NCBI GenBank assembly: GCA_035948415.1
Contig: DASZJD010000111.1
Location: forward strand, 17,873 to 81,872
Length of the DNA stretch: 64,000 bases
Origin: Acidimicrobiia bacterium
GTDB lineage: Bacteria; Actinomycetota; Acidimicrobiia; IMCC26256; PALSA-555
Direction: 5' to 3'
A model generated the notes under the pieces. The model was not told the origin of the DNA, did not search any database, and was given only the letters and a program-made list of their open reading frames with translations. How positions within the stretch are numbered: position 1 is the stretch's first letter; each line of letters opens with the position of its first letter. A program made the position numbers and the translations under genes. This document shows positions 17,340 through 26,211 of the stretch, one piece after another.

Positions 17340-17860
17340 GCGGGACCGAGTCCGGCGCCATCACGTTCACCGACATCGTCGGGTTCACGGAGTTCACGGC
17401 CGAGCGCGGCGACGCCGAGGCCATCGCCCTCCTCGACCTCCAGGAACGCCTCGTGCGGGCCGCGCTGCCGTCCGACGGCCGGCTGGTGAAGGAGCTCGGC
17501 GACGGTCTCCTGCTGTGGCTCCCGGCGGCCCGACCGGCCCTCGCCATGTGCCTCGAGCTGCTCGACCGCTTCGCCGAGGTCGGGCACGAGCCGGCCGCGC
17601 TGTGGGTGCGCATGGGCATGCACTGGGGCTGCCCAACCCGGCGAGGCGACGACCTCGTCGGCCACGACGTGAACCTGGCGGCGCGGATCGTCGACGTCGC
17701 CGGTCCCGGCGAGCTCCTGGTCTCGGCCACGGTGCTCGCGGCGCTGGACGACGCGACACCGGACGTCCTCCTCGACGAGCTCGGTCCGGTGGTGATGCGG
17801 GGCATCCCCGAGCCGGTCCGCCTCTACCGGGCCTCGCGAGCCCTCGTCCGCCGCCCCTGA
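17336..17860 (+). CDS. Minimal class III adenylate/guanylate cyclase (catalytic domain only, 174 aa)
   Basis: This is the 3' part of shadow-extended ORF 16589..17860. The TTG start overlaps the upstream TGA (TTGA at 17336-17339). Motifs: ITFTDIVGFTEFT, KELGDGLLLW and GHDVNLAARI. Confidence 0.8.
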   Translation: MSGTESGAITFTDIVGFTEFTAERGDAEAIALLDLQERLVRAALPSDGRLVKELGDGLLLWLPAARPALAMCLELLDRFAEVGHEPAALWVRMGMHWGCPTRRGDDLVGHDVNLAARIVDVAGPGELLVSATVLAALDDATPDVLLDELGPVVMRGIPEPVRLYRASRALVRRP

Positions 17861-17865
17861 GCGAC

Positions 17866-17884
17866 GGCCGGCGCCGCGCCGGCC
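17866..17884 (+). terminator. GC hairpin GGCCGGCG-ccg-CGCCGGCC, 6 nt after the cyclase stop
   Basis: 8-bp perfect stem with no T-tract (the I-shaped terminator type common in high-GC genomes). Confidence 0.35.
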
Positions 17885-18032
17885 GGCCGCGGCGGCACCC
17901 CCGCGAGCCGCCGACCCGCCGGCACCCGCCTGCGCTCGCCTCCACCCGACCACCCGGCGGACGCCAGCCCGATCCGAGTGGCCGGGCCGCCGGCCGGCGC
18001 CAAACCCCAGGCCGTGCGCAGGACGCCGCCCG

Positions 18033-18038
18033 TAGGGT
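18033..18038 (+). promoter_or_regulatory. -10-like hexamer TAGGGT, 6 nt upstream of GTG 18045 (putative leaderless promoter)
   Basis: TANNNT form with no SD-like motif. Confidence 0.35.
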
Positions 18039-18044
18039 GGCGCG

Positions 18045-18905
18045 GTGCCGTACACCGTGGGCGAGTTCGCGCTCGGCCTCGAAGGGCTCGGGTTGCTCCG
18101 CGCCGGTCCGGCGGCGTCTGACGACGCGCTGATGGCGCGGGTGGGCGAGCTGGAGGCGATCGTCCGGTCCCTCGACGACCCCTGGTTCTCGTCGGCCGCG
18201 CTCGGAGCCGAGCTCGGGGTGGTGCCGGGCTACGCGAGGTGGGCGTCGGTCTACGACGAGCCCAACCCGCTCGTCATCGTCGAGGAGCCGGCCGCCCGCC
18301 ACGCACTGACGGGCTGGCCCCGACCGTCGCGCGTGCTCGACGTCGGCTGTGGCACCGGCCGGCACAGCGCGCACCTGGTCGAGCTCGGCCACACCGTCAC
18401 CGGAATCGACGTCTCGCCCGAGATGCTGCAGGTGGCGCGCCGGAAGGCACCCGGCGCTCGCTTCGTCGAGGGCCCCATGGCCCCGCTGCCCTTCGACGAC
18501 GGTGAGTTCGACGGCGCCGTGTGTGCACTCGCACTCTCGCACGTGGCCGACATCGAAGAACCGATCGCCGAGCTCGCCCGAGTCGTGCGCCCAGGTGGGC
18601 AGCTGGTGATCTCCGACTTCCATCCGTTCATGGTGCTGCTCGGCGGCCAGGGCGCGTTCCGAGCCGCCGACGGCACCCCGAACTTCGTCGCCAGCCACGC
18701 CCACCTGCCGAGCCGGGTGCTCGCCGCGGTCGCGCGGGCGGGGCTGACCGTCGTCGGCTGCGCCGAGCCGACCTGGACGCTCGAGGCGGCGCGACTGTCC
18801 TTCCCCGGCATGTCGGACGCGCTCTACGAGGAGGCGATCGCGGGCCTGCCGCTCGCGATCGTGTGGAGCCTGGGTCGGCCGGACGCGGCCGAGCCCGCCC
18901 CGTGA
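18045..18905 (+). CDS. Class I SAM-dependent methyltransferase
   Basis: 286 aa. Motif I is VLDVGCGTGRHSAHL, followed by GIDVSPEML and VVRPGGQLVISD. Confidence 0.88.
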   Translation: MPYTVGEFALGLEGLGLLRAGPAASDDALMARVGELEAIVRSLDDPWFSSAALGAELGVVPGYARWASVYDEPNPLVIVEEPAARHALTGWPRPSRVLDVGCGTGRHSAHLVELGHTVTGIDVSPEMLQVARRKAPGARFVEGPMAPLPFDDGEFDGAVCALALSHVADIEEPIAELARVVRPGGQLVISDFHPFMVLLGGQGAFRAADGTPNFVASHAHLPSRVLAAVARAGLTVVGCAEPTWTLEAARLSFPGMSDALYEEAIAGLPLAIVWSLGRPDAAEPAP

Positions 18906-18976
18906 CGAGCTGCCGGCCAGGACCACCGGCCCCACCCCGTCACGTCGCGGGACCCTCGCCGGCGGCTCCTCGGGCC

Positions 18977-19001
18977 GGTGGGGGCGCCGCGCGCCCCCAC
19001 C
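18977..19001 (+). terminator. Strong GC hairpin GGTGGGGGCG(c cgc g)CGCCCCCACC downstream of the methyltransferase
   Basis: 10-11 bp perfect stem, 72 nt after the stop. No T-tract. Confidence 0.4.
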
Positions 19002-19251
19002 ACGAGGCGGGGCTCGGGCTCGACGCAGCCAGGCACGAAGTCGCCAGCCGCGCGCGGCAGAAGCGCCGGCCGCCGGCGAGGAACGCCCGCTCCGGAGTCG
19101 TCAGACCTAACGGAAGCCTGTCATCCCACACCGAGTATGGCGCTGCCTGCCCGCCGCGGCCAGGGGCGGACGTCGGCGCGTCGACGGATCCGGTGGGCAG
19201 CTCGACGCCACGCCGGCGTCGCGCGACGGCCGGTCGGGCACGGCTGCCGGT

Positions 19252-20577
19252 GTGACGATCCGCCGGCGGAGCCTCCACGACCGGGAGATCCTGCGCCTGG
19301 CCCTACCGGCCTTCGGGGCCCTCGCCGCCGAGCCGCTCTACGTCCTGGCCGACACCGCGATCGTGGGTCGACTCGGCACCCGACCCCTGGCCGGGCTCGC
19401 CGTCGCCGGGACGGTGCTGACGGCCGCGTTCGCGGTGTTCAACTTTCTCGCCTACTCGACCACCGCGGGCGTCGCCCGGTTCGTCGGGGCCGGAGATCGG
19501 CGGCGGGCGGCCGAGCTCGGCGTCGACGGGCTCTGGCTCGCGCTCGGCCTCGGGACCGCGCTGGCGCTCGTCGGGCTGGTCGGCGGCTCGGCGATCGTCG
19601 CCGCCATGGGCGCCTCGGCCCGCGTCCATCCCTTCGCGCTCACCTACCTGCGGATCTCCCTCCTCGGCGTCCCGATGCTGCTGGTCACCCTGGCCGGGAC
19701 CGGCTACCTGCGGGGCCTCCAGGACACCCGCACCACGCTGCTCGTCGCCGTCTCGGCCAACGTCCTGAACCTGGCGCTGGAGCTGCTGTTCGTGTTCGGG
19801 CTCGGGTGGGGCATCGCCGGCTCCGCGTGGGGCACCGTGATCGCCCAAATCGGCTCGGCGGCGGCTTTCGTGGTGATCGTGGCCCGCACGGCCCGGCCGT
19901 CCGGCGCCAGCCCGTGGCCCCGCCGCGGCGGCGTGCGCGCCGTCGCCGTCGTCGGTGGCCCGCTCATCGTTCGAACCGCGTCGCTGCTCGTCGTCTTCCT
20001 CGCCGCGACGGCCTTGGCGGCGCGAAAGGGCGACCTCGATGTCGCCGCGCATCAGATCGCCTACCAGGTGCTGTTGTTCCTCGCGCTGTCGCTCGACGCG
20101 TTGGCGATCGCAGGGCAGGCGATGGTCGGCCGCCTGCTCGGTGCCTCCGACGCCGCGCAAGCGCGCGCCGCCGCCCGCCGCATGCTGGAGTGGGGCGTCG
20201 CCGTCGGCGCCGCCTTCGGCGTCGTCATCGGCGCGACCGCGCCGTGGCTCCCGGCCGTGTTCACTGACTCGGCTGGTGTCCGCGGTCTCGCCGAGCAGCT
20301 CCTCGTGGTCGTGGCGCTCATCCAGCCGCTCAACGCGCTGGTGTTCGTGCTCGACGGGGTGCTCATCGGAGCCGGCGACCAGCGGTACCTCGCGGGCGCG
20401 ATGCTCGCGGCGACATTCCTGGGCTTCGCGCCGGCGGCCGCGCTGGTGGTCGGGCTCCACGCCGGCGTCGTGGCGCTCTGGGCCGCCCTCACCGTCTGGT
20501 TCGCGGCGCGCGCCGTCGGCGTCGGGCTGCGCTACGCCAGCAGCCGCTGGCAGGTCACCGGCGCCGTTCGGACCTGA
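19252..20577 (+). CDS. MATE family efflux transporter (DinF-like)
   Basis: 441 aa with about 12 TM helices. The N-terminus REILRLALPAFGALAAEPLYVLADTAIVGRLG is typical of MATE transporters. Confidence 0.9.
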   Translation: MTIRRRSLHDREILRLALPAFGALAAEPLYVLADTAIVGRLGTRPLAGLAVAGTVLTAAFAVFNFLAYSTTAGVARFVGAGDRRRAAELGVDGLWLALGLGTALALVGLVGGSAIVAAMGASARVHPFALTYLRISLLGVPMLLVTLAGTGYLRGLQDTRTTLLVAVSANVLNLALELLFVFGLGWGIAGSAWGTVIAQIGSAAAFVVIVARTARPSGASPWPRRGGVRAVAVVGGPLIVRTASLLVVFLAATALAARKGDLDVAAHQIAYQVLLFLALSLDALAIAGQAMVGRLLGASDAAQARAAARRMLEWGVAVGAAFGVVIGATAPWLPAVFTDSAGVRGLAEQLLVVVALIQPLNALVFVLDGVLIGAGDQRYLAGAMLAATFLGFAPAAALVVGLHAGVVALWAALTVWFAARAVGVGLRYASSRWQVTGAVRT

Positions 20578-20705
20578 GTCGGCCGCGACCGGCGGCTGCG
20601 ACGAGCCCGTCGCCGCCGAACCGTGCATTCGGTGCCGCTCGGCCCCATCGGCCAGAATGACACGCTCGGCGGGGCCCGGGCTTCGACGATCGGGACTGGG
20701 GACTG

Positions 20706-23165
20706 ATGGCGCAACGGGGGGACGAGCTGCGCGCGGAGGGGTCCGTGCGCGCGTACAGCCTGGAGATCCTGGCCGTCAGCTTCGCCGCCCTGCTCCTGGA
20801 GATCAGCTACACCCGGGTCGTCTCGTTCAAGCTCTTCTACTACTACACCTACCTCGTCATCGGCCTCGCGCTGCTCGGCATCGGATCGGGCGGTGTCGTG
20901 GTGGCGACGTCCCGTCGCCTCCGACAGGCGTCGACCGACGCCGTGCTCGCCTGGAGCTTCCTCGTCGGTGCCGCGAGCGTCGCGATCGGCTACGCCATCG
21001 TCGCCTGGATCTCCGTCGACACGCTGAACATCTGGCTGTACGGGACGGGCGCGGAGCTCTCGGCGGTCGTCGGTCTGCTGGCGATCTGTCTGGCGATCTT
21101 CGCCTCGTTCGTCGCCGTGGGCGTGGTCGTGGCCACCCTCTTCGCCCGTCGCACCGACAAGATCGGGCGTCTCTACTTCGCGGACCTGCTCGGGGCCGGG
21201 CTCGCGTGCGCGGTCGTCGTGGCCCTCATCGCGTCGATCGGGCCACCGGGCACGATCATGCTGGCCGGGGCCGTGCTCGCCGCCGCCGGCGTGGGCGTCT
21301 GCCTTCGTGGCCGCCGACGCGGCCTGGCCGTCGGCGTGGTGCTCGCCGTCGTGCTGGCGGTGCTGGCGGCGCGCCCGTCGCTGCTCCCGGAGCAGCGCAC
21401 CGACGCGACCAAGGCCCACCTGACGTCGGCGAACACGGCGTACTCGTCCTGGAGCCCGATCTTCCGGGTGGACGTGCAGAACAACATCGGCGTGCGGTTC
21501 CTGTACCACGACGGGCTCCTGGGGTCCGGGATCTACCCGTTCAACGGCGACCCTGCCTCGCTGACGCGCTTCGAGACCGATCCTCGGAAGTGGCCCTTCG
21601 CGGTCACGGGCCCGGCGCCGAGACGGGTCTTGATCATCGGCGCTGCGGGCGGCAACGAGGTCCTGACTTCGCTGTACTACCGGGCCCATCACGTCGACGC
21701 CATCGAGCTGAACCCGGTGACCTGGTCGCTCGTCACGCACACCTACGCCGCCTACGACGGCCACCTGGCTCAGAACCCGCGGGTCAACTTCGTGAAGGGC
21801 GACGGCCGCTCCTATCTGGCTCGGAGCAACGCCAAGTACCAGCTGGTCTGGTTCCCGGCTCCCGACAGCTACTCGGCGACGAACGCGGCCACGGCCTCGG
21901 CCTTCGTGCTCTCGGAGAGCTACCTGTACACGAGCAACGCCGTGGCCGACAGCCTGCGGCATCTCAGCCCCGGCGGGGTGCTGGCCGTGCAGTTCGGCGA
22001 GTTCGACAAGCCGAACCGCACGCTGCGCTACGTGGCGACGGCCCGTCACGCCCTGGCCGAGCTGGGGGTCCGCGACCCGACCCGCCACGTCGCCGTCGCC
22101 ACCTCACCCGACGTCAACGGCTTCGCGTTCAGCACGATCCTCGTCAAGCGCGACGCGTTCACGGCGGCGGACGTCGCCCGCTTCACGAGCGCCCTGCCGG
22201 CCGTCGGCGGCTCCGCCCTGCGCTACGCCCCGGACCGCCGGGTCGACAGCAACCCGGTCAGCCGACTCATCACCACACCCGGAAGCCGGCTCGACGCCTT
22301 CTACAACTCCTATCCCTACGACGTCCGGCCGATCACCGACAACCGCCCCTTCTTCTGGCACTTCACACGGTTCACCGACGTGATCCGTGGGTTCGGAAAG
22401 CCGATCGACCGGCACGACTTCGAGCAGGCGGTCGGCGAGCGAGTGCTGATCCTGCTGCTCGGCGTGGCGGTGCTCCTCGCGGCCTTGTTCCTGCTCCTCC
22501 CGTTCGTCCGCATCCGCAGGACCTGGTCCGCGCTGCCACGCAAGGGTCGGTCGGCGACCTACTTCGCGCTGCTTGGGTTCGGCTTCATCTTCTTCGAGGT
22601 CACCCTCATCCAACGGCTCGTCCTGTTCCTTGGTTATCCCACGTACTCGCTGACCGTCACCCTGATGTCCATCCTCGTCTTCACGGGCGTCGGCGCCTTC
22701 CTCAGCGAACGGGTCAAGGACCGGTCGCGCCGGGCCATCCCGGTCCTCGTCGGCGCGATCACTGCGCTGACGCTCTTCTACCTCCTGGGGCTGACCCCGC
22801 TCACCGACGCGCTCCTCTCGTGGCCGCTGGCGGCCCGGATTCCCGTCGCCCTCGCCGTCCTCGCGCCCCTCGGGCTCTGCCTCGGCATGTTCATGCCGCT
22901 GGGGCTCGGTGCCGTGGCAAGCCTCACGGAAGCCTCCCGGGAGTACGTCGCCTGGGGGTGGGCCGTGAACGGGTTCGCGTCGGTCATCGGCTCCGTGCTC
23001 TCCACGATCCTCGCCATGTCCTTCGGCTTCAACGCCGTGCTGGTTCTCGCGCTGCTCCTGTACCTGGGCGCGCTCGCCCTGCTCCGCGCGCTGCTGCCGG
23101 CGCCCGTGCCACCCGACGCCGAGGCGTCCCCACCGCGGCGCGTCCTGGCCGCGACCGCACGCTGA
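20706..23165 (+). CDS. Spermidine-synthase-like AdoMet-fold domain flanked by two homologous polytopic membrane domains (819 aa)
   Basis: Membrane block at aa about 15-225. Soluble core at aa about 305-435 (RRVLIIGAAGGNEV, VDAIELNP, YQLVWFPAPDSYS, SPGGVLAVQF). Second membrane block at aa about 575-795. Confidence 0.85.
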   Translation: MAQRGDELRAEGSVRAYSLEILAVSFAALLLEISYTRVVSFKLFYYYTYLVIGLALLGIGSGGVVVATSRRLRQASTDAVLAWSFLVGAASVAIGYAIVAWISVDTLNIWLYGTGAELSAVVGLLAICLAIFASFVAVGVVVATLFARRTDKIGRLYFADLLGAGLACAVVVALIASIGPPGTIMLAGAVLAAAGVGVCLRGRRRGLAVGVVLAVVLAVLAARPSLLPEQRTDATKAHLTSANTAYSSWSPIFRVDVQNNIGVRFLYHDGLLGSGIYPFNGDPASLTRFETDPRKWPFAVTGPAPRRVLIIGAAGGNEVLTSLYYRAHHVDAIELNPVTWSLVTHTYAAYDGHLAQNPRVNFVKGDGRSYLARSNAKYQLVWFPAPDSYSATNAATASAFVLSESYLYTSNAVADSLRHLSPGGVLAVQFGEFDKPNRTLRYVATARHALAELGVRDPTRHVAVATSPDVNGFAFSTILVKRDAFTAADVARFTSALPAVGGSALRYAPDRRVDSNPVSRLITTPGSRLDAFYNSYPYDVRPITDNRPFFWHFTRFTDVIRGFGKPIDRHDFEQAVGERVLILLLGVAVLLAALFLLLPFVRIRRTWSALPRKGRSATYFALLGFGFIFFEVTLIQRLVLFLGYPTYSLTVTLMSILVFTGVGAFLSERVKDRSRRAIPVLVGAITALTLFYLLGLTPLTDALLSWPLAARIPVALAVLAPLGLCLGMFMPLGLGAVASLTEASREYVAWGWAVNGFASVIGSVLSTILAMSFGFNAVLVLALLLYLGALALLRALLPAPVPPDAEASPPRRVLAATAR

Positions 23166-23174
23166 GGTCAAGGC

Positions 23175-23194
23175 CCGACGCTCGACCGCGTCGG
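23175..23194 (+). terminator. Hairpin CCGACGC-tcgacc-GCGTCGG, 10 nt after the stop of 20706..23165
   Basis: 7-bp stem with no T-tract. A second 18-nt perfect palindrome, CCGGGGCCGCGGCCCCGG, lies at 23247-23264. Confidence 0.3.
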
Positions 23195-23282
23195 CCACCG
23201 CCCCGGCGGCGCACCCACGCCGGGCGCCGGACGAGAATCCGCCGGGCCGGGGCCGCGGCCCCGGCACCGGACGGGAGGGACG

Positions 23283-23909
23283 ATGGACCGAGGGAGACTC
23301 GAGGCCTTCAGCGACGGGGTCTTCGCCGTCGCGATCACGCTCCTCGCCCTGAACCTCGCCGTGCCCGGCCCGGGACACGGACCGCTCGGTCACCAGCTGG
23401 TCCACCGGTGGCCCGAGTTCGTCGCCTACGCGATCAGCTTCTTCACCATCGGGATCATCTGGGTGAACCACCACGCCCTCTTCCGGACCATCGACGCCAT
23501 CGACCGTGTGCTCGTCTTCTTGAATCTCCTCCTGCTGTTCTTCGTCGTGGCGATCCCGTTCGCGACCGCCACCATGGCCGCCTACCTGCGCGGCGGCGGC
23601 CCGGACGCCCACCTCGCGACTGCGGTTTTCAACGGCGTGTTCCTGGGGATGTCCCTCGCGTTCGGCGGCCTGTTCTCGCACACGATGCGGCGCCACCTCC
23701 TCGCCGTTCGGGTCGAGCCCGCGTTGGAACGGCGGGCCCTGATCCGTTTCACGATCGGGACCGCGGCGTACGCCATCGCCGTCGGGGTCGCGTTCGTCAG
23801 CGCCGAGGCCGCCCTCGTCATCAGCGCGCTCGTCGCCGTCTACTACGTGTTCGAGCGCACCCCCAGCAGACCGGTCGACCAGCCGTCCGAGCCGCGGGTC
23901 ATGACCTGA
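23283..23909 (+). CDS. TMEM175 / DUF1211 family potassium-channel homologue (copy 1)
   Basis: 208 aa. GGGAGGGA lies just upstream of the ATG. The hallmark N-terminus is RLEAFSDGVFAVAITLLALNL, and there are 6 TM helices. Confidence 0.88.
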   Translation: MDRGRLEAFSDGVFAVAITLLALNLAVPGPGHGPLGHQLVHRWPEFVAYAISFFTIGIIWVNHHALFRTIDAIDRVLVFLNLLLLFFVVAIPFATATMAAYLRGGGPDAHLATAVFNGVFLGMSLAFGGLFSHTMRRHLLAVRVEPALERRALIRFTIGTAAYAIAVGVAFVSAEAALVISALVAVYYVFERTPSRPVDQPSEPRVMT

Positions 23910-24059
23910 GCCACGGGCGCGAGCGGCAGCATCGGACCGAGGTGACCGGCCTCCCGGACCCGCGTTGAACAGGATGCGGATCAACGGCTCGTCGAGATCT
24001 CGGGCGCGCCAGCGGCGCGACCGATCGGTGGGCGCCAGTTCGTCCGCGCCGCGCGCATC

Positions 24060-24081
24060 CGAGCCCGCCCGCGCGGGCTCG
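24060..24081 (-). terminator. Hairpin CGAGCCCGC-ccgc-GCGGGCTCG downstream of the cupin gene
   Basis: 9-bp stem, about 15 nt after the minus-strand stop at 24096. It sits between convergent genes. Confidence 0.35.
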
Positions 24082-24095
24082 AGTCGGCGGCGGCG

Positions 24096-24458
24096 TCAGC
24101 TCGGCTTGGCGTACGAGGACATCCCCGCGAAGTCAAGGACGACGCAGGGCTCGTCGCCGACGGTCCACCCGTCGTGCCCAGGCGGGATCGAGACCACGTC
24201 ACCGGGTCCGAACTCGAGCTCCGTGCCGTCGTCCATCCGAACCTTCTGGTGACCGGAGATCACGTACCCGAGATGCGGCGCCTGGCAGCTGTCGGTGCCC
24301 GCGATCGCCTTGACGTGATCGGACCAGCGCCAGCCGGGCTCGAACGTCGCCCGACCCACGACGCCGCCGCCGATGTTGAGGATCTGCACCTGCCCCTTGT
24401 CCCGAAACGGTCGGGTCTCGTCGGGAGCGTCGAAGCGCTTGCGCTCAAGCTTGGCCAC
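24096..24458 (-). CDS. Cupin domain protein (120 aa)
   Basis: ORF 24096..24674 trimmed to GTG 24458, which is preceded by AAGGAG 7 nt upstream. It has a cupin-like beta-barrel sequence with HLGYVISGHQKVRMDDGTELEFGPGDVVSIPPGH. Confidence 0.8.
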   Translation of the reverse strand: MAKLERKRFDAPDETRPFRDKGQVQILNIGGGVVGRATFEPGWRWSDHVKAIAGTDSCQAPHLGYVISGHQKVRMDDGTELEFGPGDVVSIPPGHDGWTVGDEPCVVLDFAGMSSYAKPS

Positions 24459-24564
24459 GTGGGTTCTCCTTACGCTGCTGGGGACGAGCTTCCGCGGTCT
24501 GCCGGGGCACCCTAACCGTCCCCCGAGGCGGCGACGCCCAGCGCCGGTCGGACCGCGGCCGCCG

Positions 24565-25659
24565 CTAGGGCCCGGCGGGCACGTCGGCGCGACGGACCAC
24601 CTCCGCGGTCGGCGCGTCCGGTGTCTCGGCCGGATAGAACCACCGGAACCAGAGTCGGCCTCGCGGGTGTCCACACGTCGACACCCAGTTGGGGTGCCCG
24701 GGGTCGTCGTGCGCGACGACGATCGTCCAGGACCCGTCCGCCTCAGGGACCGCCTGGGCCCCGTTGATCGTGCAGCGCTCGTAGTCGTAGTTGTAGGTGT
24801 GCATGAACTGGTTCCAGAGACACAGGTTCCAGAACGCGCACTCCGGTGAGCGTCCCCGGATGACGAGCGCCTCCTCCGGGCCCAGGTCGTAGCTCCCCAT
24901 GGCGTAGGCAGCGTCGCCGGCGGCCCAGCCGAACGTCACCTTTTGCACTGGGTACGGCTCGTCGATGTGGTTCGGCTCGCCGAGGCCGAGCGGCACGAGG
25001 TGGGCCTGGTCGCGCACCCAGGTCGCGGCGGCGCGGAACCGGCGGGCGAGGTCGGCGTCGTCTTCACGCCACTGGCGCGGAGGGTTCTCCGACTCGATGT
25101 GCCAGGTGCAGCGCGCGCCGTGAACCGGGTCCTGGAGGTAGTCGCGCGTGATCGCCACCACCGCGTCGGGCTCGAGCTTGAGGAACGGCCCGTCCCAGCC
25201 CGCCGGCCGGGCCGGGCCGAGGACCAGCTCGAACGATCCGTCGGGGCCGATCTCGAGGTCGTCCCGGTCGTTGACGGTGCCCACGATCCGCTCCGAGTAA
25301 CGCCCGTCCCGCGGCCCGCCGTAGACCGTCAGCGACAGGTAGGCGGCGTCGCCCCTGCGGCCCCGCACCCGGTACGTGCGCGTGGGGTCGACGGGCGCGT
25401 ACTGGTAGAAGGCGTCGGCGTTGTCCCCACCCCACTTCTTGTACGGGCCGACGATGTCGACGAACCGCGGGTTGCCCGGGTCGGCCCACACGTAGCAGTC
25501 GAGCGCGACCTGCAGGATCGAGAACATCCACTTGTAGCCCTCGAGCACCTGCTGGTCCTCGGCCACGGCCCGGTCGCCGCTCAGAAAGCTCGCATCGAGC
25601 GAGCCGACGACCTCGAGCAGCTCGTGGACGGCGCCCGTCGTCTCGTAGGTCCGATCCAT
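24565..25659 (-). CDS. DUF1214-like protein (364 aa)
   Basis: Clean ORF with ATG start and high GC3. Features such as GYKWMFSILQ, GGDNADAFYQYAP and YLSLTVYG resemble the DUF1214 family, judged by eye. Confidence 0.65.
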   Translation of the reverse strand: MDRTYETTGAVHELLEVVGSLDASFLSGDRAVAEDQQVLEGYKWMFSILQVALDCYVWADPGNPRFVDIVGPYKKWGGDNADAFYQYAPVDPTRTYRVRGRRGDAAYLSLTVYGGPRDGRYSERIVGTVNDRDDLEIGPDGSFELVLGPARPAGWDGPFLKLEPDAVVAITRDYLQDPVHGARCTWHIESENPPRQWREDDADLARRFRAAATWVRDQAHLVPLGLGEPNHIDEPYPVQKVTFGWAAGDAAYAMGSYDLGPEEALVIRGRSPECAFWNLCLWNQFMHTYNYDYERCTINGAQAVPEADGSWTIVVAHDDPGHPNWVSTCGHPRGRLWFRWFYPAETPDAPTAEVVRRADVPAGP

Positions 25660-25665
25660 GCCCGA

Positions 25666-25671
25666 ACGCTA
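25666..25671 (-). promoter_or_regulatory. -10-like hexamer TAGCGT (minus strand), 6 nt upstream of ATG 25659 (putative leaderless promoter)
   Basis: TANNNT form with no SD-like motif. Confidence 0.35.
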
Positions 25672-25717
25672 GGCGACCGACTCGGCCGGAGCCTCGGCGA
25701 GCGGCAACGCCGAGCGG

Positions 25718-26194
25718 TCAGCGCCCGATCGGGCTGATCGTGTCCCCCACCCGAAGGAGACCGCCCACGAGGATCTCGGCCCGCAGCCCGGCGCGGTGCA
25801 CGAGCGCGGCGCGAACACCGGGGCGGGTCTCACGTTCGAGGTAGGCGCACGGCTCGGCCAGGTCGACACCCCGCAACCGGGCCGATCCGACGCGAAACTC
25901 GCGATCGACGAGGTGGTTCAGCGGCACGCCGAGGGTCACGAGGTTGCGCCGGGTCTCGTCCTCCCCGAGCTCGAGCTCGCGCTCCGACCGGGCGGCGACG
26001 ATCGCCTCGCGCTCGATGAGCGTGACCGCCCGCTTCGGGTCGGCCAGGCGCCGGCCCGAGTACGTGCCCGACGCGCCGAGATATCGGTCCCCGACCAGGC
26101 CGGACCCCGCCACCGCCTCCACCTCGCCCCGGGCCTCCATCGCCGCCCCCGCCGTCGGCGCGACGTAGATCCCCACCAGCTGCCCCTCGAACAC
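25718..26194 (-). CDS. MOSC domain-containing protein (158 aa)
   Basis: ORF 25718..26848 trimmed to GTG 26194, with AGGA upstream. Motifs: GLVGDRY, VTLIEREAI, RRNLVTLG, CAYLE and GLRAEIL are typical of MOSC domains. Confidence 0.8.
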   Translation of the reverse strand: MFEGQLVGIYVAPTAGAAMEARGEVEAVAGSGLVGDRYLGASGTYSGRRLADPKRAVTLIEREAIVAARSERELELGEDETRRNLVTLGVPLNHLVDREFRVGSARLRGVDLAEPCAYLERETRPGVRAALVHRAGLRAEILVGGLLRVGDTISPIGR

Positions 26195-26211
26195 GGGCGC
26201 ATCCTGACCGG

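Noticed and set aside
18940-19278. 112-aa minus-strand ORF in the gap between the methyltransferase and the MATE gene.
   Set aside because: Its composition is Arg/Ala/Pro-rich. Its start overlaps the MATE start region. Its third-position bias is weaker than in real genes, and no motif was recognised. I kept the region as an unexplained intergenic region instead.
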